Of a stretch of 64,000 bases of DNA, positions 33,464 through 42,564 are shown piece by piece; position 1 is the stretch's first letter, and the number at the start of each line of letters is the position of its first letter. Both the position numbers and the translations under genes were made by a program. Source of the DNA: an uncultured bacterium. GTDB taxonomy: Bacteria > Bacillota > Clostridia > Oscillospirales > Oscillospiraceae. The notes under the pieces were generated by a model, which saw only the letters and a program-made list of their open reading frames with translations, was not told the origin of the DNA and made no database searches. The stretch covers positions 10,595-74,594 of the forward strand of contig CAMNQF010000005.1 in NCBI GenBank assembly GCA_946548895.1, in the 5' to 3' direction.

Positions 33464-34005
33464 TCCATCAGGAGTACGGCCCCCGGCGCAGCCGGGCCAC
33501 CCGCAAGCCCTCCGTCACCTGCCCGGAGACCACCTTTTACCGCTGCCCCCGCTGCGGACGGCTTCTCCAGGAGCTGGAGCGGCGGGAGAAAGGGGATGAT
33601 CCATGCTGCTGCGGCGGGGCCATGGAGCGCCTGGAACCTGTGGCGCCGGAGGACCTGCCCGGCGGCGTGTTGCTGGACTACCGCATTGTGGGCGGCTTCA
33701 ACGACAACGCGGTGCAGTTCTTCTGGCAGGACGCGGACCAGGAGAACCGGCTGGAATGGGTCTATCTGCGCACCTTTACCGGGGGCTGCATCAAGTATCC
33801 GCCGGAGAAGAAGCGGCCCCCCATCATCTTCCCCCTGGCGGACGAGGACGCTTACGCCTACTGCGACCAATCACCTTGTCTGGAGTGCGTCTTCCGCTGC
33901 AAGCGGGGCTTCATCCTGTACGCGTACCTGTCCGGCGTGGGGCTGGCGGAGCTTCCCATCGACCGGATGGACCCCTACTGGCAGACAAAGCCCGCGTCCA
34001 ATTAG
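33460..34005 (+). CDS. desulforedoxin-like (CxxC...CC) Cys-rich protein with unknown C-terminal domain
   Basis: 181 aa with an ATGA overlap with the ligase stop and a GGGAGGGGG SD. FYRCPRCGRLLQELERREKGDDPCCCGGAMERLEP matches the desulfoferrodoxin centre-I pattern. The C-terminal about 125 aa has a second cluster, YCDQSPCLECVFRC, and contains no His. Confidence 0.7.
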   Translation: MIHQEYGPRRSRATRKPSVTCPETTFYRCPRCGRLLQELERREKGDDPCCCGGAMERLEPVAPEDLPGGVLLDYRIVGGFNDNAVQFFWQDADQENRLEWVYLRTFTGGCIKYPPEKKRPPIIFPLADEDAYAYCDQSPCLECVFRCKRGFILYAYLSGVGLAELPIDRMDPYWQTKPASN

Positions 34006-34020
34006 ATAGGAGGAACTAGC

Positions 34021-35256
34021 TTGAATTCAGAACAAAAACGCTGGCGGAGCTTTATCATCGCCCTGTTTATCCTGCTGTTCGGCGGCTTTCTCTACGCCTG
34101 GAGCGTGGTCACGCTGCCCCTGGAGCAGAAATACGGCTGGAGCAGCTCGTCCATCTCGCTGGCCTATACGCTGAACTTCCTGGTCACGGCTCTGGTCACC
34201 CTGTTCGGCGGGAAGCTGAAAAGCCGGATGGGCATCCGCCGCACCGTCCTGGCCGGCGGCGTCTTTACCGGCGCGGGCCTGGTGCTGTGCAGCATGATGC
34301 GCGGGCAGATCTGGGAGCTCTATCTGGGCTTCAGCGTGCTGTACGGCATCGGTGTCGCCTTCATCTCCCCGGCCCTGGTGTCCTACTGCGTGCAGCTCCT
34401 CCCCGGGCGGTCCGGCCTGGCGGGCGGGGCCTCCAGCGGAGCCTTTGCCCTGGGGGCGCTGATCTGGGCCCCGGCGGCCACCAAGATCCTGGCGTGGAAG
34501 GGCGACGTCTCCGCCTCCTTCCTCTACCTGGGCATTCTCATGATGGTACCCATCGTCGTCCTGTCCTTTTTCCTGACGGAGGTCTCCGCAACGCCCCAGG
34601 CCGGGCGGGAGGAGGAGAAGAAACCTGCCGCGCAGGGCGGCCTGCTGTGCATGGGGCGGGGCGAGATGCTGCGCACCGGGGCCTTTTATGCCATCGCCGT
34701 CACCTTTGTCCTGGGCCTGGCCTGCGGCGCCATGGTCATGTCCTATGGCGCGCCCATCCTGAAAATCACTTTCCCGGAGGTGACGGACCAGACCACCGCC
34801 CTGCTGGTGGGGGTGTTCTCCATCATGTCCGCCGTGGGCCGTATGTTCTGGGGCACCCTCTCAGACAAGCTGGGCAAGCTGAAGACCCTGCTGCTGCTGT
34901 GCGCCGCCACCGGCGTATCCATGGCGGTGCTCATCCTGGTGTCCAGCCTGCCCCTCTATATCGCCATGCTGGTGCTGGCCACGCTGTGCTACGGCGGATT
35001 TGCCTGCATCGTGGGACCCCTGACCTCCGAGGTGTTCGGCCCGGAGCACTTTGACGAAAACTATTCCGCCATCTATCTGGTCTACACCATCGCCAGCCTG
35101 ATCGGCCCGGTGATGATCTCCGCCGTCCAGGAGGCCACCGGGGCGCTGTCGGGCGCGTTCGTCGCCGGGCTGGGCTTCTGCGTAGCGGGGGCGCTGCTGT
35201 GCGCGGGCCTGCTCCGCTGGGCGAAAGGAAAGCGGGCAGAGACGCCGCAGCATTAA
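34021..35256 (+). CDS. MFS transporter (oxalate/formate antiporter-like)
   Basis: 411 aa with a TTG start and AGGAGG 7 nt upstream. It has 12 TM-like segments. The N-terminus WRSFIIALFILLFGGFLYAWSVVTLPLEQKYGWS is typical of OFA-type MFS carboxylate carriers. Confidence 0.85.
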   Translation: MNSEQKRWRSFIIALFILLFGGFLYAWSVVTLPLEQKYGWSSSSISLAYTLNFLVTALVTLFGGKLKSRMGIRRTVLAGGVFTGAGLVLCSMMRGQIWELYLGFSVLYGIGVAFISPALVSYCVQLLPGRSGLAGGASSGAFALGALIWAPAATKILAWKGDVSASFLYLGILMMVPIVVLSFFLTEVSATPQAGREEEKKPAAQGGLLCMGRGEMLRTGAFYAIAVTFVLGLACGAMVMSYGAPILKITFPEVTDQTTALLVGVFSIMSAVGRMFWGTLSDKLGKLKTLLLLCAATGVSMAVLILVSSLPLYIAMLVLATLCYGGFACIVGPLTSEVFGPEHFDENYSAIYLVYTIASLIGPVMISAVQEATGALSGAFVAGLGFCVAGALLCAGLLRWAKGKRAETPQH

Positions 35257-35301
35257 ATGAAAAGTTAAAACATAATACTATGAAACCAGGAGGAATCACC
35301 C

Positions 35302-36441
35302 ATGGGACATATTATGACTGAGGAGCAAAAAGAGCTGGTCAAAATGGTGCGCGATTTCGCGCAAAAGGAGGTCAAGCCCCGGGCGGCGGAGTTTGACGCC
35401 ACCGGCGAGTTCCCGCTGGAGCTGCTGAAAAAGACCTTTGACATGGGCCTGCATATGCTGGAGTTCCCCGAGGAGGTGGGCGGCATGGGCCTGGACTTCC
35501 AGACCACCGCCATGATGTTTGAGGAGCTGGCCAAGGCGGACGCGGGTTTTGCCATCTCCCTGGTGACCACCTTCGTGGCCTTCCGCACGGTGATGCAGTC
35601 GGGCACCGAGGAGCAGAAGCAGCTCTTTGTGGACAAGATCGCCCCCGGCGGTTTCGGGGCCTTCTGCCTGACGGAACCGGACGCCGGCTCCGATGCCGGG
35701 GCCATGCGGGGCACCGCCGTCCGGGATGGGGACGAGTATGTCATCAACGCCAACAAGTGCTTCATCACCACCGGCCAGTACGCCGATATCTACGTGGTCA
35801 TGGCCTCCACCGACAAGAGCAAGGGCTCCCGGGGCATTTCCGCCTTCATTGTGGAAAAGGACCGCCCCGGCATTACCGTGGGCAAGCATGAAGACAAGCT
35901 GGGCCTGCGCCTGTCCAACACCTGCAACGTGAGCTTTGACGATGTGCGCGTCCCCGCCAGCCACCGCATCGGCGCGGAGGGCGAGGGCCTCAAGAGCGCC
36001 TTGGGCGCGCTGAACATCTCACGGGCCTTTGTGGGCACCCTGGCGGTGGGCATCTGCCAGGCGGCCATCGACGAGTGCCTGAAGTACGTGCAGGAGCGCA
36101 AGCAGTTTGGTCAGCCCATCGCCGATTTCCAGCTGGTGCAGGGGATGCTGGCCGACATGGAGATCCAGACCGAGGCCGCCCGGCAGCTGGTCCAGTACTC
36201 CATGCGGCTCATCGACAACGGCATGGACGTGGTCAAGGCCGGGGCCATCACCAAGTGCTTCTGCGGCGACACCGTGGTCAAGGTCACCACCGACGCCATC
36301 CAGGTGTTCGGCGGCTACGGCGTCAGCCGGGAGTATCCTGTGGAGAAGCTCTTCCGGGACTCCAAGGTGTTCCAGATCTTTGAGGGCACGAACCAGATCC
36401 AGCGCCTCACCATTGCCAAGGAGCTGTATCGCGGGAACTGA
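35302..36441 (+). CDS. acyl-CoA dehydrogenase (butyryl-CoA dehydrogenase-like)
   Basis: 379 aa. The motifs are FCLTEPDAGSDAG, ITNG-like CFITTG, and IFEGTNQIQRL with the catalytic Glu. Confidence 0.9.
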   Translation: MGHIMTEEQKELVKMVRDFAQKEVKPRAAEFDATGEFPLELLKKTFDMGLHMLEFPEEVGGMGLDFQTTAMMFEELAKADAGFAISLVTTFVAFRTVMQSGTEEQKQLFVDKIAPGGFGAFCLTEPDAGSDAGAMRGTAVRDGDEYVINANKCFITTGQYADIYVVMASTDKSKGSRGISAFIVEKDRPGITVGKHEDKLGLRLSNTCNVSFDDVRVPASHRIGAEGEGLKSALGALNISRAFVGTLAVGICQAAIDECLKYVQERKQFGQPIADFQLVQGMLADMEIQTEAARQLVQYSMRLIDNGMDVVKAGAITKCFCGDTVVKVTTDAIQVFGGYGVSREYPVEKLFRDSKVFQIFEGTNQIQRLTIAKELYRGN

Positions 36442-36457
36442 GGCTGTGTTATGAATC

Positions 36458-36497
36458 GGAAAACGCGGGAAAGAAGTGATTCCTTCCCGCGTTTTCC
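36458..36497 (+). terminator. intrinsic terminator of the acyl-CoA operon
   Basis: GGAAAACGCGGGAA (36458-36471) pairs with TTCCCGCGTTTTCC (36484-36497) as a 14-bp stem. Confidence 0.7.
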
Positions 36498-36701
36498 CGT
36501 CTAAAACCATCTGCTATAGGCGGGAGCATGGCAAAGAGGGGTTACAGCCTGTACTTTGTCTCTACAAAAGTTAAGAAACTGGAGAAGAAGCTGGCGCGGA
36601 TAGAAAGTGAGCTGCGCCAAAAGGACAACGATACCAATCTGTATGCAGGGCCGTTCTGAATTTTTCGGTTTTTTGTTCTATCTCAGAAAGCGTACAGGAT
36701 T

Positions 36702-37600
36702 TTAAACTGGCGGACGGGACGTGAAAGGAAAGACGATCGCCAACACAAAGCTGTTAATATCCAGATCCTGCCGGATTGACAGAATCCCTCCATACTTTTT
36801 CGCGATATGCTGAATACTTTTAGTACCAAAGCCGTGATAGCCGCTTTTCTCATCGGACGAGACGGGGAGCCCGTCTCGAAATTTTAACGGGCAGCTGCAA
36901 TAGTTGTCCAGCTTAATCGTAAGGGCGTCGCTGGACGCGGAAATGTTTAAACTGAGAATGCGGTTTTCCTCTTCTTCGCGGCGAAGGCACTCAATGGCGT
37001 TGTCCAGCGCGTTCCCGAACAGAGAATAGATATCGGGTTCCTCCATAAAGCCGAGCCGGCTTCCATCGGCAATAACGGCCAGATTGATTTTTAGATGGCT
37101 GCACAGGAGGGATTTCTCCGTCAGGATCGTGTCTAAAACGTCATTCCCCGTTTTAATCATGATGTCGTATATCTGTATCGCATCCTCAGCTTCAGAGAGA
37201 AACTGGTCCTCACCTTCTACCCCCCTGTGATTTCTCAGCCGGGCGATCTGATGCTTTAGGTCGTGGCACTTTTGGTTGATGATGTCGATCGTCTCCCTGG
37301 ACAACCGCTGCTGCTGCTCGGCGTCATGGTAAATCTGAGCCATAAGCTTGTGCTCATTTTTGATCTTAGATCGGTCAAAAAGTTGGAATTGGATGCCCAG
37401 CAGAAGAACACAACAAATCGCCTCATAGATGAGTGTGGACAAATTTGTATAGTTGAACATATAGGTCCAATAGTGAAACACATTGATAATCAAAGCGGTC
37501 ACGATACAGAAAAGCATAAGAAGCCGGTTTTCGAAATCCACCTGCTCCGTCAGCACACGCCGTATGAGAAATCGGTAGGCGGCAAGCCACATGAGCACCG
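36702..37600 (-). pseudogene. 5'-truncated GHKL sensor kinase (paralog of 23789..25081)
   Basis: Low-GC ORF. KCHDLKHQIARL and NALDNAIECL...YHGFGTKSIQHIAKKYGG match the intact LytTR-system kinase. Only about 3 TM helices remain, and there is no partner regulator. The first about 25 codons of track ORF 36702..37658 run antisense through the GH3 remnant. Confidence 0.6.
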
Positions 37601-38292
37601 TGACGCATACGAACCGCAACTCTGTGTGCACTTGGTCCAACGAGCAGGCCATCCGCAAAATTTACCTGGCCCCCTTTGAGATCACCATCAAAACCTCCGA
37701 TTGCAACGGCGTGATGTCCTCCTACAACAATATTGGTACCCGCACGGCTAAGGGCCATTACGCGCTGCTGACCAGTGTTTTGCGGGATGAGTGGGGATTT
37801 GGCGGCGTGGTCATCACCGACCTGGCCACCGATTCCGGCACCGCCAATGATATGTCTCTGGCCGCCGGTGTGGACCTGCAGCTGACCACCGGCATCAATG
37901 AGTTGAGTACGACCAAAGAGAACCGCATTCGCAATGCCTTGGTTCAGGCCACCAAGCGCGTTTGCTATGCCGTGGTCAACAGCTCCGCCATGAACGGGAT
38001 GGCGGGCGGCGCCGGCATGGTTTCCAGCGGTACGCCGGCCTATGTCGTTATGCTCGCGGCGATTGATATACTGGGGCTTCTGGCTTTGGTGACAGCTGAG
38101 GTATTTACGGTTCGGAAGTGCCGCGTCGAGGCGCCGGTTCTGACCGAGGGGGAGCAGAAAAAGGCGCGCAAAAAGGCAATTGTCAAAGCTGTGGTCACGA
38201 TTGTGGCGCTTGCCGTTATCTTAGTTGCCGCGGTAATATATATTAATTCTCAGATGATTGGCGAGTCCATATTCGACTATATTTTCCATTAA
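37588..38292 (+). pseudogene. 5'-truncated GH3 glycosidase (C-terminal third only)
   Basis: SHMSTVTHTNRNSVCTWSNEQAIRKIYLAPFE aligns by eye with KHFALNDQETARDGICVWTNEQAAREIYLQAFE of the intact GH3. GVVITDL aligns with GFILTDF. A C-terminal TM anchor is present. An in-frame TAG sits at 37576-37578 just upstream. Confidence 0.65.
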
Positions 38293-38352
38293 GCATTCAC
38301 CAGCATGATAAAACAGCACGCGGCAAAAGGATGTTCCGCGGCGATACGGCAG

Positions 38353-38508
38353 GTATGGCCCAGCGATAACGTCACCCGGGAACAGCTTGCCGTCATGCTG
38401 TGACGCTGCGTGGGTGTCCCGCCGCCCCAGTGGGTGCTGAAGCTGCCGGCCATGAGCAAAGGGGCCGCGGACGGCGCTGGGGCGCAGACCGGCGGCATTC
38501 AGGGGTGA
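38353..38508 (+). pseudogene. SLH-like cell-wall-binding repeat remnant with in-frame TGA
   Basis: Own translation: VWPSDNVTREQLAVML-stop-RCVGVPPP...GAQTGGIQG-stop. The TREQLAVMLWRY... and ...G(I/L)(I/L)(Q/S)G pattern is typical of SLH-type repeats. The TGA at 38401 sits where TGG (Trp) is expected. Confidence 0.4.
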
Positions 38509-38512
38509 GGGA

Positions 38513-38549
38513 AGCCCCCGGCGCGGTTCTCCGCGCCGGGGGCTTTTTG
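38513..38549 (+). terminator. intrinsic terminator
   Basis: AGCCCCCGGCGCGG pairs with CCGCGCCGGGGGCT as a 14-bp stem around the loop TTCT, followed by TTTTT. Confidence 0.75.
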
Positions 38550-38610
38550 TAGTTGAGATGTGTTATTAACGGATAAAGTGTGTTCATCATGATGAATTGG
38601 AAAAAGTAAA

Positions 38611-38639
38611 TTGTTTTCTGAAAAATGTATAGATATAAT
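38611..38639 (+). promoter_or_regulatory. sigma-A type promoter of the OmpR/HK operon
   Basis: TTGTTT (38611-38616), a 17-nt spacer, then TATAAT (38634-38639). It lies in an AT-rich patch about 175 nt upstream of ATG 38815. Confidence 0.55.
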
Positions 38640-38814
38640 AAGAAGTATTGGGATAAAAAATCTGGGCGGAAAGGTTTTCTTAAACGGAATTTAAATATTT
38701 TCCCCCTTGCGGCTTAATCGGCCGCCTGATAGGATAATAACATCAGGGGCAGTCCGGCCGCCGCGCCGGCGGGCGGATTGGAACAAGGCAGGGAGAGAAA
38801 GGGAGGGATGCGCC

Positions 38815-39519
38815 ATGTACACGGTGCTCATCTGCGACGACGACAAGGACATCGTCTCGGCGCTGGAGATCTACCTGACCAGCGAGGGCTACCGCACGGT
38901 GTCCGCCTACAACGGAGAGCAAGCCATCCAGGCGGTGAACAAGGGGAACATCGACCTCATCCTGATGGACATCATGATGCCTCAGCTGGACGGCATCCGG
39001 GCCACCGCCCGCCTGCGGGAATCCGGGGGCAATATCCCCATCATCCTGCTCACCGCCAAGAGCGAGGACAGCGACAAGGTGCTGGGGCTGAACATCGGCG
39101 CGGACGACTATGTCACCAAGCCCTTCAACCCCATCGAGGTGCTGGCCCGGGTGAAGAGCCAGCTGCGGCGCTATACCACCCTGGGGGGCAAGGCGGTAAC
39201 CCAGGAGGCGGACGGCACCCTGCGCAACGGCAGCATTGTCATGGACGACGAGGCCAAATCGGTGACGGTGGACGGGGAGGGCGTCAGCCTGACCCCCATT
39301 GAGTACAACATCCTGCGGCTGCTGATGAAAAACCTGGGCCGGGTGTACTCCACCGCCCAGATCTACGAGCAGGTGTGGAACGACCCCGCCCTGGGCTCGG
39401 AGAACACCGTGGCCGTCCACATCCGCCACCTGCGGGAGAAGATTGAGATCGACCCCGCCAACCCCCGGTATCTCAAGGTGGTATGGGGGCTGGGCTATAA
39501 GATGGAGAAAATGCAATGA
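38815..39519 (+). CDS. OmpR-family response regulator
   Basis: Receiver motifs are MYTVLICDDDKDI and DLILMDIMMPQLDG. The winged helix reads LTPIEYNILRLLM...VWGLGYKM. GGGAGGG SD. Confidence 0.9.
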   Translation: MYTVLICDDDKDIVSALEIYLTSEGYRTVSAYNGEQAIQAVNKGNIDLILMDIMMPQLDGIRATARLRESGGNIPIILLTAKSEDSDKVLGLNIGADDYVTKPFNPIEVLARVKSQLRRYTTLGGKAVTQEADGTLRNGSIVMDDEAKSVTVDGEGVSLTPIEYNILRLLMKNLGRVYSTAQIYEQVWNDPALGSENTVAVHIRHLREKIEIDPANPRYLKVVWGLGYKMEKMQ

Positions 39520-41882
39520 GGTGGCGGGAAAATGTGGCGGTGAAGGCCCTGGCCTTCACCGCGGCTGTGGCGGCGTTCACCGCCACAGCGATCCTAAGCT
39601 GGTATCAGCTGGCGAACTTCGACGCCCTGTGGACCGACGCCTATTACGACAGCACGGGATATACCGGCGGCTATACCCGGACCTATCTGGTGCGGCAGGA
39701 CTACTGGATGGTGCGCCGCCTGGTGGACCTGAAGGACAAACAGGCGGCGGGGGAGGAGTTGGACCTGTCGGAAAAGCGGACCATCGAGCGCTACGAGGCG
39801 GAGTATGACGCCGGGGCCACCAACCTGCGCTGGCAGCTCTTGGACAAGGACGGCAAGGTTATCTACGGCAACACCCGGGAGGATAGCACCCAGGCGGATA
39901 TTGACTACTGGGTGGATTTCCGCCGGGGCGGGAATCGGACCCAGAGTGTCAGCGCCGAGTGGGGGTATTTTGACCCGGAATCCCCATCCAGCGCCGTCAA
40001 CGCTGGGGATTATACCAGCGTATGCTACAATTCCAGCTGGCGGGACCTGCTGCCCGGCTGGGTGGAGATGCGGAACGACCCGGAGGCTGAGGCTGCGGGG
40101 CGGTACGAGGTGACGGACCGCAATGGCGGCCTTGCCGCCGTGGCGGAAAACCAGGTGCTGGCGGACGAGAACGGCAATACCAAGATCCTCCGTGTGACGG
40201 ACGCGGCGGGCGATTCATATATTTTCTACCCCACCATCCAAGCCTGCCTGGAGGCCAACCAGTTCGGTTATATCTTTGATCCGTACGGCCTGGAATGGGG
40301 ACTGACCCCCGAGGCCATTGCCCAGTCGGAGGCGAGAAACGCCAGCCTGGTGCTGTGGGTGGACGACGCCCTGCGGGTGGACGACCAGTACCGCAAGGCG
40401 GCCACGCAGCTGGCCCGCTGGCAGGCGGACCGGGAGTGGTATCTGACGGGCACCATCGTGCTGGGCACGCTGGGCCTGCTGCTGACGGTGTACCTGTGCT
40501 GCGGCGCGGGCCACAAGCGGGAGGTGGAGGGGATCTACCTCAACTGGTTCCACCGGGTCCCCGGCGACTTGCTGCTGTCCCTTCTGTTTTTGGGCGGTGT
40601 GGCGTCGGTGGGGCTGGGCGTCTCCATCGTGGCCGAAAGCTATGGGGACCTGCCCATGTTCATGCAGCTGTTCGGCGTGGGACTGGGGGTGGCCTTTGCC
40701 GCGGCCATGGGCCTGGCGGCGCTGGTGACGGTGTGCGCCCGGTGCAAGGCCCACACCCTCCTGCGCAACACCTGGACCTGGAAGCTGTGCGCCTGGTGCT
40801 GGAAGCTGCTTGTGCGGTGCTGGGGCTGGATTGGCGAGTTGTTTCGGACCATGGGGCGGGCTATCCAGGCCGTCCCCCTGATTTGGAAGGCGGTGACGGG
40901 CTGTATGGCGTACGCACTGTTTACCATTGTGACGATAGACAACGGCAATGCCACGGGGCTGTGGCTGCTGGTGAGCTTCGTCGTGGCGGCCTATCTGTGC
41001 ACCTGGGCCTACCAGTGGAAAAAAATCCGCCATGGCACCCAGGAGATCATCGGCGGCAACCCCAACTACCACATCGACACCCGGCGGATGCTCCCCGACC
41101 TGAAGGGCCACGCCGACGAGTTGAACAACCTGGGCCACGCCATCTCCACCGCCGTGGACGAACGGGTGAAGAGCGAGCATTTCAAGGCGGAGTTGATTAC
41201 CAACGTGTCCCATGATCTGAAAACCCCCCTGACCTCCATCATCAACTACGTGGACCTGCTGAAAAAGGAGGAGATCGGGAACCCCAAGGTGGCGGAATAT
41301 ATTGAGGTGCTGGACCGAAAGAGCCAGCGGCTGAAAAAGCTCACCGAGGACCTGGTGGAGGCGTCCAAGGCGTCCACCGGCAACCTGACGGTGAACTGGG
41401 AGCGGCTGGACTGGGCCCAGCTCACCGACCAGGCCCTGGCGGAGTGCGGCGAGCGGCTGGAGGCCCAGCGGCTGACAGTGATCCGGTCCCTGCCCGAGGG
41501 GCCCCTGTGGGTGGAGGCGGACGGGCGGCACCTGTGGCGGGTGCTGGACAATCTGCTGACCAACTGCGCCAAATACGCCCTGCCGGGCACCCGGGTGTAT
41601 GTGGACCTGCGGTGCAGCGGGGAGCAGGCGGTGCTGGCGGTGAAGAACATCTCCCGGGACCCGCTGGACGTGCCTGCCGAGCGGCTGATGGAGCGGTTTG
41701 TCCGGGGGGACGAGTCCCGCAACCAGGCGGGCAGCGGCCTGGGGCTGTCCATCGCCCAGTCGCTGACGGAGCTTCAGCGCGGAAAGTTTGAGATATCCAT
41801 TGACGGCGACCTGTTTAAAGCCATTGTCACCCTGCCTTTGGCGGGAGCGCGGCCGGAAGACCCCATTCAGCTCATTTTATAG
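39516..41882 (+). CDS. sensor histidine kinase with large N-terminal extracytoplasmic domain and multi-TM region
   Basis: 788 aa with an ATGA overlap with the regulator. The HisKA motif is ELITNVSHDLKTPLTSI. The HATPase motifs are DNLLTNCAKYA and GSGLGLSIAQS. Confidence 0.9.
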   Translation: MRWRENVAVKALAFTAAVAAFTATAILSWYQLANFDALWTDAYYDSTGYTGGYTRTYLVRQDYWMVRRLVDLKDKQAAGEELDLSEKRTIERYEAEYDAGATNLRWQLLDKDGKVIYGNTREDSTQADIDYWVDFRRGGNRTQSVSAEWGYFDPESPSSAVNAGDYTSVCYNSSWRDLLPGWVEMRNDPEAEAAGRYEVTDRNGGLAAVAENQVLADENGNTKILRVTDAAGDSYIFYPTIQACLEANQFGYIFDPYGLEWGLTPEAIAQSEARNASLVLWVDDALRVDDQYRKAATQLARWQADREWYLTGTIVLGTLGLLLTVYLCCGAGHKREVEGIYLNWFHRVPGDLLLSLLFLGGVASVGLGVSIVAESYGDLPMFMQLFGVGLGVAFAAAMGLAALVTVCARCKAHTLLRNTWTWKLCAWCWKLLVRCWGWIGELFRTMGRAIQAVPLIWKAVTGCMAYALFTIVTIDNGNATGLWLLVSFVVAAYLCTWAYQWKKIRHGTQEIIGGNPNYHIDTRRMLPDLKGHADELNNLGHAISTAVDERVKSEHFKAELITNVSHDLKTPLTSIINYVDLLKKEEIGNPKVAEYIEVLDRKSQRLKKLTEDLVEASKASTGNLTVNWERLDWAQLTDQALAECGERLEAQRLTVIRSLPEGPLWVEADGRHLWRVLDNLLTNCAKYALPGTRVYVDLRCSGEQAVLAVKNISRDPLDVPAERLMERFVRGDESRNQAGSGLGLSIAQSLTELQRGKFEISIDGDLFKAIVTLPLAGARPEDPIQLIL

Positions 41883-41887
41883 AACAA

Positions 41888-41919
41888 ACGCGCCCCCGCC
41901 TGAGCAGGCGGGGGCGCGT
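41888..41919. terminator. bidirectional intrinsic terminator
   Basis: ACGCGCCCCCGCC pairs with GGCGGGGGCGCGT as a 13-bp stem around the loop TGAGCA, located between convergent genes. Confidence 0.75.
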
Positions 41920-41924
41920 CCTGT

Positions 41925-42425
41925 TTATTTCTCCTCGTCCAGGTCGAACTCGGGGCCGAACTGGAGCTCACTGGGCCTTTGAGCGCCCCGCAGCTCCGGC
42001 TCCAAAGCGGGCTGGGGCTTTACGGTGGTGCACCGGCCGTTGAGGATGCCGCCGTCCTCCACCACCAGGGAGGCGGTGGTCACGTCGCCGTCCAGGCTGC
42101 CGGTGGATTCCAGCCGCATATGCTCCCTGGCGTGGACATCGCCCTCCACCCGGCCGGCCACCCGGACCACGTCGGCGGCCACGGGGCCCCGGATCAGGCC
42201 GGACTCGGCCACAATCACCGCGCCGGTCAGGTCGAACTCGCCCTCTACGACGCCTTCCACTTGGACCACGCCCTCACCGCGAAGAACGCCGGCAAATGTA
42301 ATGCCCTGGGCCACGATGGTGCTGCCCGCCCGGGGCGTGGGAGGGGTATTCACAGGCTCATCCTTGGGAAGGGCCGGGACATCCGCCGGGGACTCCACCT
42401 TCTGCATACCAAAGAAACCCATCAC
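41925..42425 (-). CDS. bactofilin family protein
   Basis: 166 aa. The repetitive beta-helix pattern reads ITFAGVLRGEGVVQVEGVVEGEFDLTGAVIVAESGLIRGPVAADVVRVAGRVEGDVHA. The start is GTG 42425 or ATG 42422. Confidence 0.8.
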   Translation of the reverse strand: MMGFFGMQKVESPADVPALPKDEPVNTPPTPRAGSTIVAQGITFAGVLRGEGVVQVEGVVEGEFDLTGAVIVAESGLIRGPVAADVVRVAGRVEGDVHAREHMRLESTGSLDGDVTTASLVVEDGGILNGRCTTVKPQPALEPELRGAQRPSELQFGPEFDLDEEK

Positions 42426-42564
42426 AATCTCACCTTTCCTTTGGGAGGGGCCGGCGGTTCTCCGGCCCTCCGCTTATGGTCTCCATACTAGCACAGAAGG
42501 AAAAAAATTTCAACCCCGAATGGCTTCCTGTTTTTGTAAAACCAGGGGAGGTTTTGGCGGGCGA

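Noticed and set aside
33460-34005. Superoxide reductase / desulfoferrodoxin annotation for the Dx-like protein
   Set aside because: The C-terminal domain contains no histidine, so the catalytic Fe(His)4Cys centre II cannot form. Only the N-terminal CxxC...CC module is supported.
36528-36659. 43-codon ORF MAKRGYSLYFVSTKVKKLEKKLARIESELRQKDNDTNLYAGPF after the operon terminator
   Set aside because: It has a weak, badly spaced SD and no recognisable family. It sits at the edge of the remnant-rich low-GC patch, so it may be a fragment. It was not reported as a gene.
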